Shown: positions 1-9,400 of the stretch, in pieces
How positions within the stretch are numbered: position 1 is the first letter of the stretch
Layout: the number at the start of each line of letters is the position of its first letter
Source: Candidatus Poribacteria bacterium
GTDB taxonomy: Bacteria; Poribacteria; WGA-4E; WGA-3G
Direction of reading: 5' to 3'
Length of the DNA: 64,000 nt
NCBI GenBank assembly: GCA_958295815.1
Contig: OY282374.1
Coordinates: 3,684,682 to 3,748,681 of the forward strand
The notes under the pieces: generated by a model
The model's input: only the letters and a program-made list of their open reading frames with translations
Told to the model about the DNA's origin: nothing
Databases searched by the model: none
Program-made: the position numbers and the translations under genes

Positions 1-1
1 A

Positions 2-1753
2 CTGCTTACACTGAACCAACCGCTTTTCCTCAAGAGCGCAATCTTCAAAACCCAACGACCAGGTGATACACTCGTCGATTACAATGAAGAAGTAGACGCA
101 ACCGTAACAACCTTAAAAGACGATGAAGCCGTCTATCGTCTCTATGTCGATACAAATCAGGCAGCAGATGCCTCACGTTGGGACTCACCATCGCATCGTG
201 TCATTGCACATCTGCCGCTGTTACTGCATCCGCGTCCCAAACGCGCGCTCGTCGTCGGATTCGGCATGGGGCTTACCTCTTACTCGATAACACAACACGG
301 TGTCCGCGTTGACGCCATAGAACTCTCCAGAGGAGTAATTTCGGCAGCACAAAAGCATTTCACGCATGTCAACGGAAACGTATTTGAAAGCCCGCTATTT
401 AACTATAAAATCAACGACGGGCGAAACCATATCCTAATGACAAAAACGAAATACGATATGATTTCCACAGGAATCATCCATCCGCTCGTCAGTGCCGGAA
501 GTTCCAATATCTACACCGCCGACTTCTACCGTTTGTGCCGTCGCATTCTCAGCGAAGACGGCATCATGTGTCAGTGGGTGCCGTTGCACCGCTTGCCCGA
601 GGAACACTATAAGATGATTGTACGTACCTTCATTGAAGTGTTTCCACATACAACGCTCTGGTACAAATACACGCCGGACTTTGTGATCCTCATCGGCACA
701 CCTGAACTGCTCCGAATTGATTTCAAGAACTTTATCGCACGCGCACAGATAGCCAGTATCAGCGAAGGACTCGCCGCCGATGACTTGGACGGTCTGTCGC
801 TAATCGATTCGTTTATGATGGGACCGGAAACAGTCCGTGAATACGTAGGTCCTGGACCTGTCCATACAGACAACCGACCACGATTGGAATTTTTCCGTGG
901 GGCTGACCTCGCGAACACAACCACACAAAATGTCAAAGGCATGGCTGAGCACCGAGAACGCGTTCTCCCATACCTCACAAACTACGGTTCAACACTCGCG
1001 GAGATGAAGGACGTTCGGGAAATACTCGACACCTATTTCAGAGCTACCCAGAAATTAATCCGCGGACAGGTCGCTTACGCCAGTGCACAGTACCAAAATG
1101 CTGCAACGCTCATGACCGATGCGGTGGAACTTAATCCCGTTGACGAAACAATACGGTATAACTTTGGTGTCGTTGCAGGCTTAATTCGAGAAGGCGAACA
1201 GGAAGAACTCCAACAGATTGAACAACAGGTACAGCAGGCGATGTCGCAAAACCCTGATGATATTCAGGGACACCTCCATTTGGCGACCTTATACGAAATG
1301 CAAGGAGAACTCGGAAAAGCAACAAACGAGCTTGAGGAATTTCTCAGACAGGATCCGAGCAGATCCGAAATCTATCTACTCTTAGGTCCCTTATACGAAC
1401 GCCAAGAGCGCTATAGAGAGGCACTCCGCACTTATGAAAGGTTAGAACAGCAAGAAGCTGACTTACCTGCCCCGATTTTCGCGGCTATCGCCCAGCTACA
1501 TTTGCAGTTGGAAAATTTGACGGAAGCCGAAAAATATGGAAGGAAAGGTATCGCTAGGGATACCAATTCATGGCGTTCCTACCTTACCCTCGGAAATGTT
1601 TACGCAGCAATGAACCAGCCGCAAAAACAGATTGAATACTATGACAAATCTTTGAAAGCACTCGACCAAATCATACAGGTTTCCCCGGATCCGGTTGATT
1701 TACAGAGTGCAAAGCAACAGATTCAAAATGAGCTTGAACGACTAAAAAAATAA
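2..1753 (+). CDS. Spermidine-synthase-like (PABS/SAM methyltransferase fold) protein fused to C-terminal TPR repeats; 5' end outside the window
   Basis: The frame is open from nt 2 upstream of the annotated Met (…RALVVGFGMGLTS…). 'VVGFGMG' plus the hydrophobic core are typical of spermidine synthase-like proteins. The C-terminal half has repeated 34-aa TPR-like units (…LATLYEMQGELGKATNELEEFL…, …LGNVYAAMNQPQKQIEYYDKSL…). Confidence 0.6.
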   Translation: MLTLNQPLFLKSAIFKTQRPGDTLVDYNEEVDATVTTLKDDEAVYRLYVDTNQAADASRWDSPSHRVIAHLPLLLHPRPKRALVVGFGMGLTSYSITQHGVRVDAIELSRGVISAAQKHFTHVNGNVFESPLFNYKINDGRNHILMTKTKYDMISTGIIHPLVSAGSSNIYTADFYRLCRRILSEDGIMCQWVPLHRLPEEHYKMIVRTFIEVFPHTTLWYKYTPDFVILIGTPELLRIDFKNFIARAQIASISEGLAADDLDGLSLIDSFMMGPETVREYVGPGPVHTDNRPRLEFFRGADLANTTTQNVKGMAEHRERVLPYLTNYGSTLAEMKDVREILDTYFRATQKLIRGQVAYASAQYQNAATLMTDAVELNPVDETIRYNFGVVAGLIREGEQEELQQIEQQVQQAMSQNPDDIQGHLHLATLYEMQGELGKATNELEEFLRQDPSRSEIYLLLGPLYERQERYREALRTYERLEQQEADLPAPIFAAIAQLHLQLENLTEAEKYGRKGIARDTNSWRSYLTLGNVYAAMNQPQKQIEYYDKSLKALDQIIQVSPDPVDLQSAKQQIQNELERLKK

Positions 1754-1802
1754 GTATGGCATACGCTATTATGCCGTCCACAGAGGAGACTATAGACACA
1801 TC

Positions 1803-3812
1803 ATGTCCCAAGAATCTTCTTTAAAACGAACCCACTATTGCGGTGACCTACGCTTAGCAAACGCAGGGACGCAAGCGAGTCTTAACGGTTGGGTCAAACG
1901 CCGTCGAGACCACGGTGGTGTCATCTTCGTTGATTTACGCGACAGAACAGGTATCACGCAGGTCGTCTTTGACCCGCAGATTGATGAAAAAGCACACGCA
2001 CTCGCAGATGCCGTAAGAAGCGAATTCGTATTACATGTCAGCGGTACCGTCCGTGAACGTGATCCCGGAGAACTTCTGTTCCAAGCAGACGCTGCCTACC
2101 AAGCAGAACTCGCTGACGGTAAATTATCCGCAGCGTTCCGATCACTATTCTCGGATGCCGACCGTAAGTACACCCTCTCTGAAGAAATCGAAGTCGCAAC
2201 ACGAGAACCTGGCGCGCGTTGGCTACTCACCGATACCGAAAATAATCGGACATACCACATCGAAAACGGAGAAAACGGTCTCAGCATCTACCAAGGCACT
2301 GTCAATCCAGAACTCGACACCGGTGAAATTGAACTCGCAGTGGACGCTCTGAACATCTTGAATACCGCCAAAACACCACCATTCCCAGTTGAAGACGATG
2401 TTGAAGTGGCGGAAGACATTCGGATGCGTTATCGTTTTATCGATTTGCGCCGTCCTGAAATGCAGAAGACGTTGGCAATGCGCCATAAAGCCGCACTCGC
2501 TGCACGCAACTATATGAACGAACAGGGATTCATGGAAATCGAGACACCTATCTTGATGAACAGTACACCGGAAGGCGCACGCGATGTCCTCGTTCCGAGC
2601 CGTCATTACCCCGGAAGATTCTATGCGCTTCCGCAGTCACCACAGCAATTCAAGCAAATCCTTATGATGAGCGGTGTTGACCGCTATTTTCAAATAGCCC
2701 GATGCTTCCGCGATGAGGACACCCGCGCAGACAGGCAACTGGAGTTCACTCAACTCGATATTGAGATGTCATTCGCAGGCGTAGACGATGTCCTTGAAGT
2801 AACCGAAGGGCTGATGAAGCGCATCTTTGAAGACGCAGGCAACATCCCTGTCCAAACCCCCTTCCTGCGACTCCCCTACCAGGAGTCGATCGCACGGTTC
2901 GGAAACGATAAACCCGATACACGGTTCGGCATGGAACTTACCGACGTCTCGGATGTCATGGCAGACTGTGATTTTCAAGTATTCACACGGACCTTGGAAT
3001 CAGGTGGACAGGTCAAAGCCATTGCTGCACCAGGCGGTGCCGACTTTTCGCGCAAAGACATCGACGACTTAACAAAATTCGTCGCGACTTATCGAGCAAA
3101 AGGATTGGCATGGGTTAAAGTCACCGAAGATGGGTTTTCCTCTGGTATCGTCAAGTTTTTCACAACTGAACAACTCGAAACAGCACAAGAGCGAACAGGC
3201 GCGAACCCAGGAGACATCATGTTCTTTGTGGCTGACAGACCAAAGGTCGTCGCCGATGCACTCGGTAATCTCCGCCTCCATCTTGGGAAACAACTTAACC
3301 TTATTGATGTAACCCAATACAACTTCTTGTGGATTGTTGACTATCCGCTGTTTGAGTGGAACGAGGAAGAGAATCGATACGAACCATTCCACCATCTGTT
3401 CACTGGATGTACTGAAGAGACTTTACCTCTATTAGAATCGGATCCGGGGAAGGTTCAGAGTCAACACTACGATCTTGTGTGCAACGGATATGAAGTCTGT
3501 AGCGGTAGCGTTAGAATTCACCAGTGGGATATCCAACAGAAGGTTTTTGATGTTCTGGAGATTACACCCGAAGATGTCGAAAATCGGTTTGGATATTTCA
3601 TAGATGCCTTATCCTATGGCACACCGCCACATGCTGGGATCGCTCCGGGCTTGGATCGGATTGTTATGTTGATGCGCAATGAAGAAAATATCCGGGAGGT
3701 CATCGCCTTTCCAAAATCGCAGCAGGGACTCTGTCCGCTCACACACGCACCGTCTAATGTAACGGATGCGCAGTTAGAGGAATTGTCTATCCGCGTCGAT
3801 GCAGAAATCTAA
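1803..3812 (+). CDS. aspS: Aspartyl-tRNA synthetase (class II) with an ~75-aa insertion in the N-terminal anticodon-binding domain
   Basis: N-terminal OB-fold (HYCGDLR…GWV.RRRDHGGVIFVDLRD), class II motifs (FRDEDTRADRQLEFTQLD; GLDRIVMLM), and the GAD insertion domain. It is 669 aa versus about 590 aa typical. Confidence 0.93.
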   Translation: MSQESSLKRTHYCGDLRLANAGTQASLNGWVKRRRDHGGVIFVDLRDRTGITQVVFDPQIDEKAHALADAVRSEFVLHVSGTVRERDPGELLFQADAAYQAELADGKLSAAFRSLFSDADRKYTLSEEIEVATREPGARWLLTDTENNRTYHIENGENGLSIYQGTVNPELDTGEIELAVDALNILNTAKTPPFPVEDDVEVAEDIRMRYRFIDLRRPEMQKTLAMRHKAALAARNYMNEQGFMEIETPILMNSTPEGARDVLVPSRHYPGRFYALPQSPQQFKQILMMSGVDRYFQIARCFRDEDTRADRQLEFTQLDIEMSFAGVDDVLEVTEGLMKRIFEDAGNIPVQTPFLRLPYQESIARFGNDKPDTRFGMELTDVSDVMADCDFQVFTRTLESGGQVKAIAAPGGADFSRKDIDDLTKFVATYRAKGLAWVKVTEDGFSSGIVKFFTTEQLETAQERTGANPGDIMFFVADRPKVVADALGNLRLHLGKQLNLIDVTQYNFLWIVDYPLFEWNEEENRYEPFHHLFTGCTEETLPLLESDPGKVQSQHYDLVCNGYEVCSGSVRIHQWDIQQKVFDVLEITPEDVENRFGYFIDALSYGTPPHAGIAPGLDRIVMLMRNEENIREVIAFPKSQQGLCPLTHAPSNVTDAQLEELSIRVDAEI

Positions 3813-3925
3813 GGCGACACTGATTTTGCTGGGCGAGGTTTCTAACCTCGCCTACTTCAACACTCTAAAGGCGACACTACTTATGCTGGCGAGGTTTCTA
3901 ACCTCGCCTATTTCAACTCTCTATC
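3811..3925. repeat. Tandem duplication of a ~57-bp unit, each copy carrying the hairpin ggcgaggtt-tct-aacctcgcc
   Basis: Direct repeat 'aaggcgacact..ttgctgggcgaggtttctaacctcgcctacttcaacactct' x2. The perfect 9-bp inverted repeats are at 3832-3852 and 3888-3908. Confidence 0.8.
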
Positions 3926-3952
3926 AAATTTGTCTATACGGAGGTAAACCCA

Positions 3953-6250
3953 ATGCATTTCACTAAAAAACAACACATATTTACTTACACACTCATGCTT
4001 TGTGCTTTGCTTCTCCTGATTCCACTGAGCACATTGGCACAGACCGTTAACATTCCAGACAACAACCTTCGAGAGGCAATTAATGAGACACTTGGCAAGG
4101 AACCAAATGCTCAGATTACGATGGATGAAATGCTCAGGTTAACTCACTTTGAGGCGAATTTCGTCAATATTCGCAACCTGCGAGGACTGGAAGCCGCTAC
4201 GAATCTGGAAGTTTTACGAATGGATGGTAACCAGATATCCAACCTATCACCGCTCGCTGGGTTGGTTAAACTCCGTCGTATTGACTTAGAAGAAAACGCT
4301 ATATCCGACTTATCACCCCTCGCTGGAGTAATTAGTTTAGAGCGTTTGAATATCTCTCATAACGCGGTTTCTGATATATCACCCCTCGCCGAACTAACGA
4401 ACTTAAGGGGTTTTGCATTCCATCATAACGTGATAACGGATCTATCGCCGCTGGCAAATTTGCCAAAACTGGAATGGATTGGGATGAGTGATAACCCATT
4501 CGTTGACCTCGAACCTTTAGCAGAGACCACCAGCCTTACCGGTGTCCACGGTTGGGGGACACCCGTCCTAAACATCGGCGCACTTGGTAACTTACCCAAA
4601 ATGCGGGAGATCAATATCTGCGGTGGCGATATCTCCGATCTCTCCGGACTTGAGAACTTAAAAAGTCTAAAGACCCTTTATCTGCCCGGGAACCAAGTTT
4701 CAGACCTTTCACCCATAGAAAATTTAACAGGAATAACACGCATCAACCTTGAAGGGAATAGGGTTTCCGACGTATCACCACTCGCATCACTAAGCAACCT
4801 AACTTGGATAGACCTACGCCGCAATACAGTCTCCGACGTTTCTCCCCTTGCTGAACTCAACAGTTTGACATGGCTTGACCTTACCCAAAATTCCGTCTCG
4901 GACGTATCCGATCTTGCATTTTTACCGAACTTGAATTGGTTAGGACTCACAGACAATACGCTCACAGACCCAACGACTTTAGAAAGATTTTCTGAGGGGA
5001 CAGCGATCACATATTCCGATTTCGTCAACTCCGCCTTGCCTGAAGGAGGTCCGAAAATAGAGGGACCTTGGTTATGGGCAATCGTGCCGAATGCAGGATT
5101 CGGTACAAAAGATTTGTTAGCGATAGCGAGCAATGGTGCTGCCACCGAAGTAAAAGTTGCCACATTTGGAGCCACCGAAGATAAGGTGATCGGGAGTGGT
5201 AAGTGGCGCGCACACTTGCTCTCCGCCACAGGTGGAGATAACCTTAATCAGATGACAGACGCACTCGGATGGGGGTCGGGTTCCGAAATATACGAGCATG
5301 TTGTTTATGGTTCCGTTACCTTAGAGTCCCCGCGTAGACAGGAAACAACAATGCTTGTCGGCAGCGATGATGAGGTAAAGGTCTGGCTTAATGGTGAAGT
5401 GGTTCACTACAATTCTGTGATCCGAGGTGCTGGTGATTATCGGGATGCCTTTCCTGTTACATTGAAGAAGGGAACAAATGTTTTATTAGTAGCCGTTAGC
5501 AATCTCGGACATGGTGCATTTAGCGGTTTTTTTGGTTTCGCTCAGGACGCAGAATATACCGTCAACGCTCCAGGTGACCCAATCGTCATAGAAATTTCCC
5601 CTTCGGATATTAACAGAGATGGAATCATAAACATCTTGGATCTGATTCTCGTAGCACGGGACTTAGGCAATACCGAATCTGACAACGCACGCACGGATGT
5701 CAATGCTGATGGAAAGCGAAACATATTGGATCTCAATCTTGTGGCTCGACATATAAACAAAGCTTCGAGTACTGCCGCTCCCGCTGCCTTGGCAACATCG
5801 GATGTGTTTATAACTGCCGGAGGAGTTTCTAACCCCGAAATTTCTCCAGATATGATACGCACATGGATAGCATGGGCGCAGCTTGAGAGCGACGGTTCGC
5901 TTATCTTCCAACAAGGCATCGCGAATCTTAAACGGCTCTTAGCATCTCTGATTCCTGAAAGAACAGCGTTGCTCGCCAACTACCCGAACCCATTCAATCC
6001 GGAGACATGGATACCCTATCAACTCGCAGAACCGACTGCAGTTACATTGCATATCTATGCGGTAAGTGGGGCATTGGTTCGGACATTGGAGTTAGGACAT
6101 CAATCCGCAGGACGCTATCAAGACAGAAGTCGTGCAGCATATTGGGATGGGAAAAACGAGGTCGGTGAATCTGTCGCGAGCGGTATATATTTCTATACCC
6201 TCACCGCAGGAAACTTCACAGGTACTGGCAAAATGCTCATAAGGAAGTAG
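3953..6250 (+). CDS. Secreted leucine-rich-repeat protein with a lectin-like middle domain, a dockerin-type double repeat and a T9SS/FlgD-Ig-like C-terminal sorting domain
   Basis: Signal peptide, then ~13 LRRs of the 'ISDLSPLAGL..L..L.L..N' type. A ~170-aa domain is shared with the next gene (GGPKIEGPWLW…VWLNGEVV…GFFGFAQDAEYTV). The dockerin is 'DINRDGIINILDLILV…DVNADGKRNILDLNLV'. The C-terminus reads 'NYPNPFNPETWIPYQL…IYAVSGALVRTL…WDGKNEVGE.VASGIYFY.L…KMLIRK'. Confidence 0.8.
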   Translation: MHFTKKQHIFTYTLMLCALLLLIPLSTLAQTVNIPDNNLREAINETLGKEPNAQITMDEMLRLTHFEANFVNIRNLRGLEAATNLEVLRMDGNQISNLSPLAGLVKLRRIDLEENAISDLSPLAGVISLERLNISHNAVSDISPLAELTNLRGFAFHHNVITDLSPLANLPKLEWIGMSDNPFVDLEPLAETTSLTGVHGWGTPVLNIGALGNLPKMREINICGGDISDLSGLENLKSLKTLYLPGNQVSDLSPIENLTGITRINLEGNRVSDVSPLASLSNLTWIDLRRNTVSDVSPLAELNSLTWLDLTQNSVSDVSDLAFLPNLNWLGLTDNTLTDPTTLERFSEGTAITYSDFVNSALPEGGPKIEGPWLWAIVPNAGFGTKDLLAIASNGAATEVKVATFGATEDKVIGSGKWRAHLLSATGGDNLNQMTDALGWGSGSEIYEHVVYGSVTLESPRRQETTMLVGSDDEVKVWLNGEVVHYNSVIRGAGDYRDAFPVTLKKGTNVLLVAVSNLGHGAFSGFFGFAQDAEYTVNAPGDPIVIEISPSDINRDGIINILDLILVARDLGNTESDNARTDVNADGKRNILDLNLVARHINKASSTAAPAALATSDVFITAGGVSNPEISPDMIRTWIAWAQLESDGSLIFQQGIANLKRLLASLIPERTALLANYPNPFNPETWIPYQLAEPTAVTLHIYAVSGALVRTLELGHQSAGRYQDRSRAAYWDGKNEVGESVASGIYFYTLTAGNFTGTGKMLIRK

Positions 6251-6425
6251 AAATAAACTGCATCCAAGAAAATGGAACGCTGCCTTGGTAGGCAAGGTTT
6301 CCCAACTTTCCCGGTACACTCTGTTGGGCGAGGTCCCCGTGCCTCGCCTTCTCCGCACCTTCTATAGTGTATGGGTAAATCTAAAATCTACTATGGTGCC
6401 TCTGTCTATTGGTTATTAAAGGAAA

Positions 6426-9400
6426 TTGATGATGAAAAACAATAAATACATCCCTCTAATAATCTTAACATTCATTGGATTAGGATTTACAACAGTAGAT
6501 GCCCAACAAGACATCGCACAACAGGCGTATGCCATCATTCAACAAAGTTGCCTCGACTGCCACGGACCTCACGGCACATTTACTGAACAACTCACCATTG
6601 TGTCTGCACCACAATTGATTGCTACCGGAACCGTTGTCCGTGGAAATCCTGATGCCTCCGAGTTCTATAACCGACTCCTTGGACCCACCGGAAACGGTGC
6701 ACAGATGCCTTTCGGTCAATCTCCGCTCTCACCAGCAGCGATTGCTACACTGCGACAGTGGATTCAAGCAGGCGCACCGGCTTGGGAGACCCAGCGTGAT
6801 GTCAACTTCATTACAACCGATACAATGTTGACTACCATGCAGAGACATCTGGCATCTCTTGATGCATTTAGTCGTCCGTTCGCTCGTTATTTTACGACGA
6901 CCCACCTCTACAACGCCGGTGAAAGCCTTGAGACACTTCGTGCCTATCAGATTGCGCTCTCGAAACTCGTGAATAGTCTCTCTTGGGGTTTTAGTGTTAT
7001 TAACCCAATTCCCATTGACACAGAAGAGACGATCTTCTATATCGACTTACGCGATTACGAATGGGACCTCCGAGGCGACACATGGGCGCGAGTTGAACAG
7101 GCATATCCGTATGCTATTGCGTTCGATCCGGTGGCGCAAGCAGGACTGTCATCGAAACTGAACCAGTTACGTCAAGAGATGGAGTGTGAAGTCCCGTTCG
7201 TGCATGCTGACTGGTTTCTTGCGACTGCCTCACTCCCACCGTTGTATCACGATATTCTGGATTTGCCAGCAACGGATAAAGAACTGGAGAGAAAACTCGG
7301 TATAGATGTTGAGAGAAATCTGCAAAGTGCTCCGGGATTTCGCGTCTGGCGTGCGGGATTCAACGAATCAGGTGTGTCGAATAATAACCGTGTTGTTGAA
7401 CGTCACAGATCACCTCATGGTGCGTATTGGAAGAGTTATGACTTTGCTGAAAGTAGGGGAACGAAAAATATCTTAACGCATCCATTATCTTTTGATCACG
7501 ATGGTGGTGAAGTTATCTTCAATCTTCCGAACGGTTTGCAGGCATATTACATCTCGGATGCGTCGGGTAACCGAATAGATGTAGCACCGACAGAAATCGT
7601 ATCGAATCGATCGGCGAGTGATCCTGCCGTCCGCAACGGTTTGTCGTGTATCGGTTGTCACACAGAAGGAATCAAGGAGTTTGAAGATGATGTTCGTGGC
7701 GTTGTAGAACAGATAGAAAACCCGATTTTTGACAAAGAGCAGGCGTTACGATTATATGTTGAAAAATCGGTGATGGATGCGCATATTGAGGTGGATAAGG
7801 AGCATTACAAAACGGCGTTGGAAGAAACGGGCGGCGTATTTGGGGGTATTGAGCCAGTGAGTCGCCTCTATGAAGAGTTTCAAGATCCGCTTGATGCCTC
7901 ACACGCTGCGGCTGCTGTCGGCTTAGAAACATCGGCGTTCCGCGCGGAGATTGATGAGAAATCGAGTCTACAAAATTTAGGTTTGACAAGTCTCCTTGAT
8001 GGTGGGAACGTGCAACGTGATGCGTGGACAGAGCAATTCCAGCGAGTGATTGCTGCCTTAAACTCTCCAGATACGATAACCATTCTGCCGCCAGTGGACG
8101 ACCCTCCAGATCAAACCACATCGGATGAAATTGTTAGCATACCGGATCCTAATCTTCGGGCTGTCATTGAAGAAAGGTTGAGCAAAACTTCAGGGGCTCC
8201 TATTACGGCAGTAGAGATGGCAAGATTGACGCGTATTGATGCCCACGAGAGAGGCATACGTGATCTAACAGGGCTTGAACACGCAGTAAAACTCGAACGA
8301 ATAGAATTAGAGCGCAATTCTATATCCGACCTATCTCCGTTGGCGGGATTAATCCGTTTGGATAACATTAAATTGCGTGGGAATAGAATAACAGACGTAT
8401 CGCCACTCGCAAACTTAACCAGGTTGGATTGGCTCGGTCTTGAGGAGAATGAGATTACCGATTTATCCCCGTTACGCGGACTGATAAAACTCAACGGGAT
8501 AGGGATTTCGCACAATCCTATCTCAGATATATCAGCACTGTCAAGTTTAAGGAGTTTAGAAGGTATAGATGCGCGGGGGACGAACATCTCCGATTTTTCC
8601 GCCTTAGCACAGATACCACGGTTCCGGTGGATAGAATTCGGCGAAGACAAATCGATCTCAGAATTGCCCTCTCTGAAAGGTTTGACAACTTTGAGTCGTC
8701 TGGAGATTACAAACTGCAGTGTTACCGACCTTTCTGAATTGGAAGGATTAACACAGTTGACCTCGCTGATATTAAATGGTAATTTAATATCGGATCTCTC
8801 TCCATTGGCAGGACTAACAGGCTTGAACGACCTACATCTTGCCCGAAATGTCATATCGGATGTCTCATCCTTAAAAGGGTTAACCGGATTGCAAGAACTA
8901 TATCTTGACGAAAACCTTGTGTCCGATGTATCACCCCTCGCCGGGCTAACGAACTTAAAGGAATTATGGCTCCAGCACAACGCCATATCTGACTTTTCAC
9001 CTTTGGAAGTGTTAGCCGAGAAGATAATTATCAGATCAGTAGATAACCCCGGTGTCCTCAAGCAAGGAGGTCCAAAAATAACAGGACCGTGGTTATGGAT
9101 ATTATTTCCGGAAACACAATTTGAAGGTTTCGATAACACGGATTTGCTTGCCAGTGCAAGTAACCGGAAGGTAACAGAGCGAGAAATTGCTACGAATGGT
9201 GCAGTGGAAGGGGAATCCGTTGGTGACAAGGTTTGGCTTTCTGGTAAAATAGAATCTTCCGGATGGGATAACATCAGTATGGTGTTGCGAACGCTAGGTA
9301 TTCCCCCAGCCGATGGTAAACAGAATGTGGTCTACGGTTCCATTACCTTGGATTCTCCACGGGAACAAGAAACGAATATGTTTGTTGGAAGTCATACAAG

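Noticed and set aside
8111-9274. 387-aa ORF on + strand
   Set aside because: It lies entirely inside the 6426-10661 gene in a different frame. It is Ser/Pro-rich low-complexity sequence, a shadow ORF of the LRR coding region.
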